From a virus (lineage: Duplodnaviria > Caudoviricetes), in the IMG/VR virus record IMGVR_UViG_3300019360_000102, positions 1-52,400 of that record: a DNA stretch of 52,400 nt. The stretch is one strand, 5' to 3'. This document shows, in pieces, positions 28,174 through 37,522 of the stretch. Below the pieces are notes generated by a model that was not told where the DNA came from, ran no database searches, and saw nothing but the letters and a program-made list of their open reading frames with translations. A program made the position numbers and the translations under genes. The first letter of the stretch is position 1. Every line of letters starts with the position of its first letter.

Positions 28174-28389
28174 TTAGTTGCGTTTAGTTGCAGATATGAA
28201 GTAGACGTTACCGTTATGCGCGGTAGCGTGCAACTTCGTACCCGGCTTAGACTTAAGCTTCTTGTAAGCTTCAGAGGCAACTTCGTCCCGGGCGACCCGG
28301 AATGATACTGTGGGGAAGCGTGTATGGACGATAACCTTCTCCTTGGTCGACTGGTCCTCTACCAGCCATTGACCTGGTTCAAGCTTCAC
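28174..28389 (-). CDS. Hypothetical protein
   Basis: GTGA coupling with the upstream gene. Confidence 0.5.
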   Translation of the reverse strand: MKLEPGQWLVEDQSTKEKVIVHTRFPTVSFRVARDEVASEAYKKLKSKPGTKLHATAHNGNVYFISATKRN

Positions 28390-28865
28390 GGGACGTATTG
28401 CACCAACTTGACGACGCCGGCCTGCAGGAAGCCTAGTACTCGCTCGGGCTCGCCTACCTTCACGTAAGTCTCGCCGTTGATGACTTCGTACCCGTGATAG
28501 ATCAGCGGGTTGGGGAAGCTGGTGAGAGATTCGAGAACGCGGACATGCAGCGTGGCAGGGTTACCCAGACCCACGGCGGCGTCCCAGTGTTGGGGAGGGA
28601 AGATCTCGACACGCCCTTCCTGGTCGACGGAGGGCTCCAAATCGACCTGGTCAAGGAGAACCGTGCGGGGTTTGACGATGCCGGAACCGTCTAAGACGAC
28701 GGCGGGGCTTTCGTCCAGCCAGGCTTGTTCGAGGAACCAGTATGTACCTTCAGGTAGGGATGATTTTTCAGCGGGGACCAACAGGTCACCCTTGCGGAGT
28801 TTGTAGAATTGTTCCGGTTGCATTTGAGTAAAAGCGTTGACCGCAGCGACGGCATTGTATGTCAA
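28386..28865 (-). CDS. Hypothetical protein
   Basis: 159-aa ORF coupled to the downstream gene. Confidence 0.5.
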   Translation of the reverse strand: MTYNAVAAVNAFTQMQPEQFYKLRKGDLLVPAEKSSLPEGTYWFLEQAWLDESPAVVLDGSGIVKPRTVLLDQVDLEPSVDQEGRVEIFPPQHWDAAVGLGNPATLHVRVLESLTSFPNPLIYHGYEVINGETYVKVGEPERVLGFLQAGVVKLVQYVP

Positions 28866-29019
28866 GATGCCGTTCGGGGCAAACCTTGCATTCGTTGACC
28901 ACGCTGTGCGGCATGGTCACGCCGCACTTGGGGTTGCGGCAGGTTTCTTTGAGGAATCCGACATGTTCGGCGCTGAGCGGTAACGTGGCAGGGACCAGTC
29001 TGGCAAGCAGATCAGCCAT
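28786..29019 (-). CDS. Small Cys-rich hypothetical protein
   Basis: CRNPKC, CKVC and CRRC motifs; the 80-bp overlap with the next ORF lowers confidence. Confidence 0.4.
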   Translation of the reverse strand: MADLLARLVPATLPLSAEHVGFLKETCRNPKCGVTMPHSVVNECKVCPERHLDIQCRRCGQRFYSNATGTILQTPQG

Positions 29020-29084
29020 ACTTTACGAAGACCTTTTTGCGACCGTCGCCCACTTCTGCGACGGCGCACTTTGGTGCAGCGAGA

Positions 29085-29300
29085 TCACGGTTGAATGGCG
29101 ACGACCTCGGGCTTCGCACGAAGGATGCTGAGGATGTCTTCGGGAATCAAGGTAACGGGTATGATCCGGATGGTCCGACCTTCGTGGTTTACCAGACAGT
29201 GCTGCCGTAAGGCGGCGTACGTCTGCAGGACCACACCTTCGACGACAAAGATCTCAGGCCAGACTTCGTGGACCGTCACGTTCAAGGCGCGCAAATACAT
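29085..29300 (-). CDS. Hypothetical protein
   Basis: 71-aa ORF co-oriented with neighbours. Confidence 0.4.
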   Translation of the reverse strand: MYLRALNVTVHEVWPEIFVVEGVVLQTYAALRQHCLVNHEGRTIRIIPVTLIPEDILSILRAKPEVVAIQP

Positions 29301-29338
29301 AGGGAAATAGTATCAACCTTCTGTGGATCCCGGCAAGC

Positions 29339-29527
29339 TTACGCGTCCCATCCCTTGTACTTGCCGTACATCGGCTGGGTCTCGGGGTCGCGCTTGGCGG
29401 CCTGGCGTTCGGCGCGGTTCTTGCGCTTGCGGAGGAAGGCGTTACTCTTCCGGATCGAGAACTGCTTGCCATCGGCCTTGTTGATAGCAGGGACCTTCCG
29501 CCGACGCGGTTCAGAGTCATCGTTCAT
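29339..29527 (-). CDS. Small basic protein
   Basis: FLRKRKNRAERQAAKRDPE...YKGW. Confidence 0.55.
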   Translation of the reverse strand: MNDDSEPRRRKVPAINKADGKQFSIRKSNAFLRKRKNRAERQAAKRDPETQPMYGKYKGWDA

Positions 29528-29550
29528 GGACTACCATAACTGTTGTAAGT

Positions 29551-29586
29551 GAAAGCAAAAAGCCCGCCGGTTATGGCGGGCTAAAA
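29551..29586 (-). terminator. Intrinsic terminator
   Basis: AGCCCGCC-N6-GGCGGGCT followed by TTTTGCTTT on the minus strand. Confidence 0.75.
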
Positions 29587-29602
29587 GACGAGATCGAGAA
29601 GA

Positions 29603-29707
29603 TCAGCGCTTTTTTGAGAACAGCTTCGCCTTAACGAGAGGCCAAACCCAGCGGTGCAAAGCAGCACCGGCTACGAGACACAGTGAATGAGTAATGAGTT
29701 CTTTCAT
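29603..29707 (-). CDS. 34-aa membrane micropeptide
   Basis: MKELITHSLCLVAGAALHRWVWPLVKAKLFSKKR, flanked by its own promoter and terminator. Confidence 0.6.
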   Translation of the reverse strand: MKELITHSLCLVAGAALHRWVWPLVKAKLFSKKR

Positions 29708-29715
29708 AGGTCAAC

Positions 29716-29744
29716 ATTATGAGTCTTGGGATCTCAATGATCAA
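29716..29744 (-). promoter_or_regulatory. sigma70-like promoter
   Basis: TTGATC-N17-CATAAT-N8-ATG(29707). Confidence 0.6.
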
Positions 29745-29824
29745 GATGAATTTGAAATCTAAAGTTTCTGTATATTAGTACTTTAGGAAGCCAAATCAGA
29801 CGAAGAAAAGATAGCCGATGGTAA

Positions 29825-30496
29825 TCAGAATTGGACATGCCGGGCAGCAACGCTGGCGATCAGACGAGCGAGCGGCGTGGCTCGGAGGGACGCCATCTTC
29901 TGAGGCAGTCCCCAAAGGGCGGACGTATCGAACGTGCTGTTTAGATTCACCGGACTAACCAGCGGCATGGGTCTGTAAATGTTCGACGGCTGCGTGATCT
30001 GCGCAGGGGGCTGCACGGGTCGCATACCAGGCGCAAGGGCCGGCACGCTGCCGGGGTTCGGGGCGATCGGACGGGCCGGTACCTTGGCGGCCTGGCGCAT
30101 TTGCGAAGCCAGGCTTTGTCCGCCACCGCCGACGCGGGCCACAATGGGAGCCTTCCTGGACAAAGCTTTACCGGCCATAGGGATCATGCGTGATACGCCC
30201 ATCAAGGCTGCGGCCTTGAGGAGATTTGCGTTTCCGACAGGGGCCTGCTGAAGTTTACCGCGGTTATTGACAACTCTCTGATACCAGGGATGCGAGGGTG
30301 CAACACGACGGCCCTGCAGCTCTTGAACGAGCCCGGCGGCCATGCGGTTGCCGGGAGCGCCGCGCTGCATGCCGACGATACCTTTTCCGATCGATCCGGT
30401 GGGCAGCATTTCGGCCGTAGCCTGTAGTGGACGACGGGATAGTCCGCCGCTGAGGAATTTGGCGATCATGTCGCCGCGACCAGCATCTTTCAACAT
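29825..30496 (-). CDS. Basic low-complexity protein with K-x-A motifs (putative head-internal protein)
   Basis: LLKAAA and QKMAS; WYQRV also occurs in the N-terminal extension of the beta' gene. Confidence 0.55.
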   Translation of the reverse strand: MLKDAGRGDMIAKFLSGGLSRRPLQATAEMLPTGSIGKGIVGMQRGAPGNRMAAGLVQELQGRRVAPSHPWYQRVVNNRGKLQQAPVGNANLLKAAALMGVSRMIPMAGKALSRKAPIVARVGGGGQSLASQMRQAAKVPARPIAPNPGSVPALAPGMRPVQPPAQITQPSNIYRPMPLVSPVNLNSTFDTSALWGLPQKMASLRATPLARLIASVAARHVQF

Positions 30497-30502
30497 GGGA
30501 GA

Positions 30503-30531
30503 AGTTTACGCGAGCCTTGGCGGGCTGGCAA
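30503..30531 (-). promoter_or_regulatory. sigma70-like promoter, predicted leaderless
   Basis: TTGCCA-N17-TAAACT-N6-ATG(30496). Confidence 0.75.
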
Positions 30532-30534
30532 GTC

Positions 30535-30858
30535 CTACACGATGCGACTTTTGGCCGTGAAGTGCTTGTCCTGGTATTCGACGGCCCCCGGCTCGTCGAC
30601 CCTGACCACAATACCCTTTCGGCGCGTTACGCCGTATCCATCGTCGTAAGACCATAGGGCCAGCCTAGTCTTGACGGGGCCGACATCCGTGAAGGCGGTG
30701 CATTCGTGCAAACCGTCTTCAACATCCGATAATTCCACTCCGGCACGAACCAGATTACAATCACCCATCTGCCGTTTGAGCAGGCCGTGGAAGTAGACGA
30801 AGGGCCATGAGAAGCCCTGCCCGGCTGACTCGGTGTAGAGTTTAATCAGTTTTGACAT
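30535..30858 (-). CDS. Hypothetical protein
   Basis: 107-aa ORF with short overlap onto the RNAP gene. Confidence 0.55.
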   Translation of the reverse strand: MSKLIKLYTESAGQGFSWPFVYFHGLLKRQMGDCNLVRAGVELSDVEDGLHECTAFTDVGPVKTRLALWSYDDGYGVTRRKGIVVRVDEPGAVEYQDKHFTAKSRIV

Positions 30859-32803
30859 TTTTCTTGGGTGGCGCCATCAGCAGATGTGGAGGCATTGCCT
30901 CCTGTCCGGCCAGGATCGCCCTGAACTGCTTTTCGGTAAGGCCCAGCAACTTCCGAATGGCCGTCTCGGCCGCGGGGTTGGGAACCTTGAACGGAAGATG
31001 AATGGCGCCCCACCGGTTATTACCGGTCATGGCGTCATCGAATAGACCACCCTTCACAGACTCGAGAGTCTCAGGATTAACCAATTCTCCGTTCTTCACT
31101 TCGATCGGGTCTACTGCATCCAGATCCTTATCGGTCCAGAATGATAAACGTTGCACCCCATCGGGAAGCTTGCGAGCATGGAATCCTGCCCCATTGAGCA
31201 AGGCTTGAAATTTATTGAAGGCGAACGGCACGCCGGGATTCTTGGGCTCGTGGCCGGAACGTAGAGCTCGCCAGTACTCGTCGTTACGCTGTCCACGAAG
31301 CGTGGCGGCATCGCGCAGCACCCCGTAGGCGCCGGCCGACAAGAGCGAATGACTTTCAAGTCCCGAGAGACGCTTGGACTGGGCCAGCTGGGAGCCGCCC
31401 TTGGTTGGTTGCTCGTTTGCATCGTAACTTCCTTGTCCCCTGATACTTATCTTTGAAGATGACGTGTGATGCAGCTTCAGGACATGACCGACGCCGACCG
31501 TGATCGGATTCTCTAACTTGCGGTTCTCCTGCGGGTCGAAGACTTCTTCGGTCTCGGACAGACCATGCTTGTCCAGCTCGCCTTTGACGAAGTCATGCCA
31601 TTTGTCCCCGTTCATGTTAAAACCTGGCAGCCTATAGGGGGCGCCGGCCTTGTGGGCCGCCTTGCCGAGCAGCAGCTCATACAAGAGCGAGTTGTTCACG
31701 CGACTGGGAAGGCCCAGCGGATTGAGCAGCATGTCAAGGGAGCCTCCGTCTGTGGTGCGGGGCATGTGGTCGTCCGGGATGATGAGGCTGACCACGCCCT
31801 TCGTTCCACTACGTAAGACGAGCTTGTCACCGACCTTGGTGGGCTGCTGAACTTTGACGTTAACCCTGACGCCCTTGGCGAGCTTCTTCACGTCCGTTAC
31901 GATCCCATCCTCTTCCTCGTCCCAAGTGGTCGAGGCGTCGGCGCGGGCGTTCTTCATGTGGCTAGATAGCTTACCCAGTTGAGCCTGCTGACTGGAGATG
32001 ATCTTCGGACGGGTGGCTAGTATGAGGGGGTGACCGTGCTTGACCGTTTGCCCAGCCTTTACGACGCCGTCATCGTCGAGGGTGTCGAGTTGCTCCTTCG
32101 TGAATTTGTTTGGGAAGACGCCGATGTGGTGACCCTTGCCACCCGTGACGCCCCGCTTGTATTCGGCGTCGAATCCGTACATGGCCTCCTGAGATAGTCG
32201 CTTAGCAAAAGCTTGGCTGATCACCACGGAGTCATCCATCGACCATCCTTTATAGGGGACCAAGCCAATACGGGCGTTAGCTCCCATCGCCAAAGTGCCC
32301 TTATCATCCGTGAAGTTGCTGACCGATATGGGCTGGTCTTTACGCACCATGTCGCCGGCCTTAACGATGGCACGACTGGTTAGACCAGTCTTCCGGTTCA
32401 TCGGGAAGTTGTCGTACAGGCCGACCCGGCGGCGCTTGCCATCCTGGTACTCCAGCTCAATATGCTTGTCAGTCACCCGGTGTACCCGGGCATCTTGATC
32501 GGCACGGAGGGCACCCATGTGCTGACCATAGTAATCGTCAAATGACCGCCCGTCTGGGTCCTGATCGATGGCGTTCTGGACCAGGGGTGCCTCGCGGTTC
32601 ACGATCGGCATAGCCTGGTTGATGAACCTGGCGCCGTAAAAGAGCCGCGGCCCGGCAACCGCGTTCTGTAGGGGGATCATGTTGACATGACTCCCAAAGA
32701 ACTTGGACGGGCTATCTAGCTCGTAGTCAATCTCGTGGGGGTCTTGTACCTCCTCGATCTTACTGTTGCGGATAACCGCGCGTTTAGGCACAGGGCTCTG
32801 CAT
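30842..32803 (-). CDS. RNA polymerase beta C-terminal half fused to beta' N-terminal segment
   Basis: RpoB-like MIPLQN..NQAMP, GTLAMGAN, GWSMDDSVVIS, GDKLVLRSGTKGVV, LNPLGLPSRVN, LKLHH, QPTKGG; then RpoC-like EVKNGELVNPETLESVKGGLF..RWGAIHL. Confidence 0.93.
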   Translation of the reverse strand: MQSPVPKRAVIRNSKIEEVQDPHEIDYELDSPSKFFGSHVNMIPLQNAVAGPRLFYGARFINQAMPIVNREAPLVQNAIDQDPDGRSFDDYYGQHMGALRADQDARVHRVTDKHIELEYQDGKRRRVGLYDNFPMNRKTGLTSRAIVKAGDMVRKDQPISVSNFTDDKGTLAMGANARIGLVPYKGWSMDDSVVISQAFAKRLSQEAMYGFDAEYKRGVTGGKGHHIGVFPNKFTKEQLDTLDDDGVVKAGQTVKHGHPLILATRPKIISSQQAQLGKLSSHMKNARADASTTWDEEEDGIVTDVKKLAKGVRVNVKVQQPTKVGDKLVLRSGTKGVVSLIIPDDHMPRTTDGGSLDMLLNPLGLPSRVNNSLLYELLLGKAAHKAGAPYRLPGFNMNGDKWHDFVKGELDKHGLSETEEVFDPQENRKLENPITVGVGHVLKLHHTSSSKISIRGQGSYDANEQPTKGGSQLAQSKRLSGLESHSLLSAGAYGVLRDAATLRGQRNDEYWRALRSGHEPKNPGVPFAFNKFQALLNGAGFHARKLPDGVQRLSFWTDKDLDAVDPIEVKNGELVNPETLESVKGGLFDDAMTGNNRWGAIHLPFKVPNPAAETAIRKLLGLTEKQFRAILAGQEAMPPHLLMAPPKKNVKTD

Positions 32804-32809
32804 CCCCAT

Positions 32810-32838
32810 AGGGTACCAGGAGACCTGTACCCACGCAA
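32810..32838 (-). promoter_or_regulatory. sigma70-like promoter, predicted leaderless
   Basis: TTGCGT-N17-TACCCT-N6-ATG(32803). Confidence 0.65.
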
Positions 32839-32899
32839 CAGCGTTCAGCCGCAGGCTTGGGGAAGCTCCAGCACGGTGTGGTGGGTCTTCTGCATATTC

Positions 32900-33139
32900 T
32901 TACCTATCGAGTAGTATCTGGGCCGCGCGCTTGTCGATCGGGAGGCAACTACGCTCCGGGTCAATTGGCACCAGCTCACCTGTATCAAGATCCTGCATCC
33001 TCATGACACCCGGACCCTTGGGGCGAACTTGATAAACCGTACCGTTAATGGTGAAGTAGCCGCCTGGCTTTACGTCACGGATTTTCTTGGGATTCATTTC
33101 GCTGAAAGTTAGATATTGCGCGATTGACTGATTCTGCAT
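32900..33139 (-). CDS. Small hypothetical protein (SH3-like pattern)
   Basis: IRDVKPGGYFTINGTVYQV..DLDTGELV. Confidence 0.5.
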   Translation of the reverse strand: MQNQSIAQYLTFSEMNPKKIRDVKPGGYFTINGTVYQVRPKGPGVMRMQDLDTGELVPIDPERSCLPIDKRAAQILLDR

Positions 33140-33310
33140 CGTCGACTTCTCCGGGTTCAGTGTCCTGCTGTTGGGAGCCGATAAGAGCCCAGGACATGAA
33201 TAGGAGACAGAGCCAAAAACGTAGCCGCCTTCTGTTGACCTGCGAACGAATATCCATCGGATAGCCGATGAGATTCATAAAAGAAAACCTGCCAGTTTAG
33301 CCAGAGCGCG

Positions 33311-34852
33311 TTAGCGGTTTGCTAAATCAAACGCGCCTCCAGGCCAACCCTGAATCTGTCTAGCCACAGCTGGAGCTCCTGCGCCGCCAGCGTTGCTCAA
33401 TATGGCGGCAAGCTGACTGGACAATGGCATGTGCCACGGCCCATGAGTTTCGCTGGCCTGGAGCGGGCTATTACTCGTCATCCAGTCACGATACTTACTA
33501 TCGTCGCGCATGGTGCCCATAGAGGCTAAAGGAAGTCCAGCGGCGGTTGACGAGATATAGGGATGCCGACGTATAAAGGTATAGCCGCGGCGCCCAAGCT
33601 CCCTGGCGCCATGCAGGGCACGCCCGCCAGCCTGGGCAGCTTCGCCCAAGAGCGTTGTAGGCGTTCGACCCGGAACGTACGCCCTGGGCGTATACTGGAA
33701 TTTTAGGTCCCGCATTTTGTCAATAAGATGACGATCGCCTCCGAGCGTACCGCGCAAAGCCTTAAATGTCGCGGCGCGTGTCGCCGGGTTCTCCAGCGCT
33801 GCATGCTCGGCCGCAGTAAGGGCACGGCCGGCAATAGTGCTGGATAGTAACTCAGAGACGTTCGGCAGGCCAGTTACCGGATACCGCAACGTCTTGCCGA
33901 GCGTGTCCGGCCTAGCCATACGGGCCAAGCGGCCAGCCCCGACCAATTTCGCCACCACGGGAAGGATGCCAGTCTTGAGGGCCGCCCCTGAAAGGAGCGC
34001 GCCCCCAAGACCAGCAGCTAGGTATCGACCTCCCCCACGATCGTTACCACCCGCTTGGCTGCCCAGGCCGAGTGATATGTCCTTGACGGTCCGACTTGCG
34101 GTCGGTAAGCCTGTGAGCTCAAAACCTAACTCGCCGATACCGCCGGCAGTCTGTACTGGTGCAGACCCAGTGATCGCCCCAGGGATGCGTTTAGCGCCGC
34201 CCCAGAGACGACCAAGGAAGCTGTCGTCGAAAGCCTCGCCCACGCTTTCGCCGCCGTTATAGGTGGCGGCTTTTTCCATTACGCGCACGCGAGATCGCGG
34301 TGTGTCATCGGCATGGACGAGAGAGCTAAAAAATTCGGGAGGTAGCGCCGAGGCCGGAACATCGATCTTAACTTTGCGGGCAGATCCGCTACCGCTGCCG
34401 CGTTGTCCGATCGTCGTATAACCTTCGGGCCGCTTTTTCTTGCGCTGGCTGTACGCATGGTAGGCCAGCGCGCCACCGCCGAGGAGCGCCGGTATCAGGA
34501 ATGCAGCCATGAGTCTGTTACGACTGCCGGCATTCTCGCCCTCAAGTGCTGCGGTCTGGCGATTGATCTTGGCGGTCGCCAGATTGGTGTCGATCAAGCC
34601 TTGTTGCTGTCGACGAAACTTATCGAGGGAGCCAATACCAAACAGACCTAACTGCTTGAACGGTAAAGATGATAGCGCGGCGGCTCGATGCACGGGACTG
34701 GCAGCCAGCAAGCCTGTAACGCCGCCAATACCAAGATTCACGTGCTTAAGCGCATCCGGGAGATTCTCGCCAACGAGCTTATTCTCAAGCGCGGCCACCC
34801 CCGTTCCGCCCAGGATCCAGGGGAGTAACTTAATGATGTCTTGATCCGGCAT
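33311..34852 (-). CDS. Gly/Ala-rich protein with hydrophobic helices and K-x-A motif (putative internal/ejection protein)
   Basis: Several glycine-zipper segments; VMEKAAT; start at MPDQD after TTGCTT-N17-CACCAT-N7. Confidence 0.6.
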   Translation of the reverse strand: MPDQDIIKLLPWILGGTGVAALENKLVGENLPDALKHVNLGIGGVTGLLAASPVHRAAALSSLPFKQLGLFGIGSLDKFRRQQQGLIDTNLATAKINRQTAALEGENAGSRNRLMAAFLIPALLGGGALAYHAYSQRKKKRPEGYTTIGQRGSGSGSARKVKIDVPASALPPEFFSSLVHADDTPRSRVRVMEKAATYNGGESVGEAFDDSFLGRLWGGAKRIPGAITGSAPVQTAGGIGELGFELTGLPTASRTVKDISLGLGSQAGGNDRGGGRYLAAGLGGALLSGAALKTGILPVVAKLVGAGRLARMARPDTLGKTLRYPVTGLPNVSELLSSTIAGRALTAAEHAALENPATRAATFKALRGTLGGDRHLIDKMRDLKFQYTPRAYVPGRTPTTLLGEAAQAGGRALHGARELGRRGYTFIRRHPYISSTAAGLPLASMGTMRDDSKYRDWMTSNSPLQASETHGPWHMPLSSQLAAILSNAGGAGAPAVARQIQGWPGGAFDLANR

Positions 34853-34889
34853 CACGTTTATGGTGCCACGGCGAGTGCCCGCAAGCAAG

Positions 34890-35498
34890 CTAGAATCGCG
34901 CAAAGAAGCAAGATTGGATCTCCGTAGCGGAAAGACATATAGGCTTACCGAACTGCGGCTCAATGAATTGCACGCCTAACTTTCCGCCTACCCATACACC
35001 AACCATAACGACCGCATGGCGATCAGGCACTTCCAACGGTAACAGCGCGTCGGGGTGGTACCAAAATTCCCCGATCAGGATTGTGTGCTGGAGATCCCTG
35101 TAGTGCAGGCTGAATACATGACATGCGGTAGTAGCGTAAAAACGTGCGAAGTCGTCACAGTCTTCCTTGTCCGGCTTGTACAGAAACCCGGCAGCCTTGA
35201 GGATAGAAGGCCATCCCGAATTGAACTTCTCCCACCAAGGCGGCGCGACCACGAAATATGACATGTCCGCAATAATTATGGCCCTGGAGGGTATACCGAG
35301 AGCTCGCATCGATTTGTACAGATCCTTGTACGCTATCTGGTTGGTTGGCGCCGGAGTGAACGGTTTGCGAAGGTGCTCCCAAGGACTGATAGCCGGTGGA
35401 GAGTGTATGACTTCCCGAGACGCAGAGACGGACAGGTAAGACTGTAGGAACAGTATTGTCGCAGCGGCGGCTATCATCCAAGGGAGGCGCGGGCGCAT
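34890..35498 (-). CDS. Exported papain/transglutaminase-fold protein
   Basis: Signal-like N-terminus; YKPDKEDCDDFA, HAVV and FIEPQ give a Cys-His-Glu pattern. Confidence 0.65.
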   Translation of the reverse strand: MRPRLPWMIAAAATILFLQSYLSVSASREVIHSPPAISPWEHLRKPFTPAPTNQIAYKDLYKSMRALGIPSRAIIIADMSYFVVAPPWWEKFNSGWPSILKAAGFLYKPDKEDCDDFARFYATTACHVFSLHYRDLQHTILIGEFWYHPDALLPLEVPDRHAVVMVGVWVGGKLGVQFIEPQFGKPICLSATEIQSCFFARF

Positions 35499-35504
35499 TG
35501 CGCA

Positions 35505-35533
35505 ATATTCGCATCGCCCCCTGTAATTGACAA
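35505..35533 (-). promoter_or_regulatory. Extended -10 promoter, predicted leaderless
   Basis: TTGTCA-N17(..TGC)-GAATAT-N6-ATG(35498). Confidence 0.5.
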
Positions 35534-35553
35534 GGCTAATCGAGGATGCGCCG

Positions 35554-36108
35554 TCAGAACCGGACGTTGTAAGCCTGCTCGGGCTGGCCGAGGCGAGGGA
35601 ATACGGGACGGTTACTCCTTGGGTTCCACAAGTGGAGTTCGAGGGCACCGGCCGGGGTGCGGGTGACGTAGAAGTTGAACTGTAGATCCTGACAATAGAC
35701 CTCCCCGAACGCCACGCCGTAGAACGGATAGGTGCGAAACTGGTCGCCGAACCGGATGACCTTCTTGGGGTATTGCTGGCGAAACGCAAAGTCCGCACAG
35801 ATAGAAGCCATACGGACCAGGTCGTTGGTTTCCCCGGTCAGCAGTAGGGCCTGGTGGAACTGGTCACCGTATACCTTCAACCAATCCTGAGTCAAGACCG
35901 TGTAACGCTTCCGGGTTGATTGTATGGCGCCGGCCGGAAAGTGGTGTTCGACCAGCAGGTCCTTGATGTAGTGGTCGGGGACGGTATCCTCCAGGTTGAG
36001 CGCCGGTAGTTTAACCCGAGGCGCTTCGATTACTTCAGGAGCGGCGTGCCGGTTACTCGCGCACCCGACAAGGCACAGGATCGAGACGAGAAGAGTGAAC
36101 AATTTCAT
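35554..36108 (-). CDS. Lipoprotein
   Basis: MKLFTLLVSILCLVGC lipobox; promoter TAGACA-N17-TACCGT-N7-ATG at 36116-36144. Confidence 0.65.
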   Translation of the reverse strand: MKLFTLLVSILCLVGCASNRHAAPEVIEAPRVKLPALNLEDTVPDHYIKDLLVEHHFPAGAIQSTRKRYTVLTQDWLKVYGDQFHQALLLTGETNDLVRMASICADFAFRQQYPKKVIRFGDQFRTYPFYGVAFGEVYCQDLQFNFYVTRTPAGALELHLWNPRSNRPVFPRLGQPEQAYNVRF

Positions 36109-36155
36109 GGTCAATACGGTATCGAGCCGAAAGGGCTCTGTCTACGCGTGAGTAC

Positions 36156-36581
36156 TTAGCGAAGGAGCCAGGAGGCTTTCTTCAAGATGGTTCGGACGCC
36201 AAGGGTGTCGGCCAACTTACGCGAGGCGCTATTGGACTCAACGATCAGGGCGCGCACTTCGTCCACGCCGGCCGATTTGCGAGTGATCAGCTGGGAGATG
36301 GCTTGCTTGGCGTAACGGTTCTGACGAAACTCCGGCAAGATGCCGATGCTGTAGTAGCCGACCTTTATAGGCTCACTGCCACGAATCTCATTTCGCTCCT
36401 GCCAGCCGCAAAAGCCGACGGGCGTACTGGCCTGCTTCTCCCGAATCAGGTAAAGACCTCCGTCAAAGCCGTCTGGGCTAAGTCCATAAGGCCAATACTT
36501 CGGATTCTCACGGTAAATCCGATCCATGATCTCAACCGTAGCCTTCTTGGAGGCCGGGCTGTAGGCAGCGACCTTGAACAT
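36156..36581 (-). CDS. GNAT family N-acetyltransferase
   Basis: SIGILPEFRQNRYAK (motif A) and NSASRKLADTLG (motif B). Confidence 0.8.
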   Translation of the reverse strand: MFKVAAYSPASKKATVEIMDRIYRENPKYWPYGLSPDGFDGGLYLIREKQASTPVGFCGWQERNEIRGSEPIKVGYYSIGILPEFRQNRYAKQAISQLITRKSAGVDEVRALIVESNSASRKLADTLGVRTILKKASWLLR

Positions 36582-36587
36582 TGCGAT

Positions 36588-36616
36588 ACGATAGCAAAAG
36601 GAAAGGCAGGATGAAA
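36588..36616 (-). promoter_or_regulatory. Extended -10 promoter, predicted leaderless
   Basis: TTTCAT-N17(..TGC)-TATCGT-N6-ATG(36581), directly after a GC hairpin at 36624-36650. Confidence 0.55.
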
Positions 36617-36749
36617 GGGGAAACCGGGGGCAGCTCCACGCCGCCCCCGGATCTGCATTAGTAAGTCGTTTTCGTCACCGGGACGTCTGGAGTGCTCCAG
36701 AACCAGCTCATGACGAAGAAGACTGTCACCACGATTGCGATGGTTGTAA

Positions 36750-37505
36750 TCACTTGAGTTTGAGGTCGCCCAACACCGCACGGAATGCGTTGTTGAGAGG
36801 ACCGCGGATGCGGGTCGGCTTACCGCCATGTTTATGTTGCTGATGTTGCCGAACATCAGGGCCAGGCTTACTGGCCGGTGCAGGCGCCGGAGCGCCAGTT
36901 GCTTTGATGGCTACTGCCGCCTTGTGCTGTTTCGACACCGGAGCATTACGTCCTGGATCGACATTAGTCGCAGCCGGACGCTCCCGACGAAAACTTGGAC
37001 GCCAGCCCGATGTGTCTATCCTGTCAGCATCGGCAAAGTTCCGAAGGATCTGCCCTCTGGCTGGACGATAATTGCGATTTCGGTAACTCAGGCCGGTGAT
37101 GATCGACAGTTGAACACCAACGGCATCATCGAATCTGAATCTCGACAAGTCCAGCTTGGACCAGCTGGCCTGTACGGGGGAGCCGTCCAGGTTTTCGACC
37201 GTGTAGACAGGGTCGGTGACAGAGTCAACAGCCACATCAATAATCACGTAGGTCCACTTATTCAGACAATTGCGATCCGGCATGAACGGCCGGGTTTGCC
37301 AGGCAAGCGGGTGGGTCGTGAAGTTTTTGCGAATGCTCTCCGGAAGGAAAGCCCGTTCCACAACGATCGGAGCAGTCCGATCAGTCAGGTGCATGCGTCC
37401 GAGCATCTGACCACGGCCGAAGCCGGGGCCACACGCTCCGCGGAGCTGGATCGTTTCAGGTATGTCGATTAGCGGCATCGGGCCGCAGAACTGAGTCTCT
37501 GTCAT
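36750..37505 (-). CDS. Hypothetical protein
   Basis: 251-aa ORF with low-complexity C-terminus ending NNAFRAVLGDLKLK. Confidence 0.55.
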   Translation of the reverse strand: MTETQFCGPMPLIDIPETIQLRGACGPGFGRGQMLGRMHLTDRTAPIVVERAFLPESIRKNFTTHPLAWQTRPFMPDRNCLNKWTYVIIDVAVDSVTDPVYTVENLDGSPVQASWSKLDLSRFRFDDAVGVQLSIITGLSYRNRNYRPARGQILRNFADADRIDTSGWRPSFRRERPAATNVDPGRNAPVSKQHKAAVAIKATGAPAPAPASKPGPDVRQHQQHKHGGKPTRIRGPLNNAFRAVLGDLKLK

Positions 37506-37522
37506 AGTAGTCTATATAGGTT

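Noticed and set aside
31650-31680. GKAAHKAG in beta-C counted as a K-x-A site
   Set aside because: Lies within the conserved RpoB core helix (LGxAA), so it is likely incidental.
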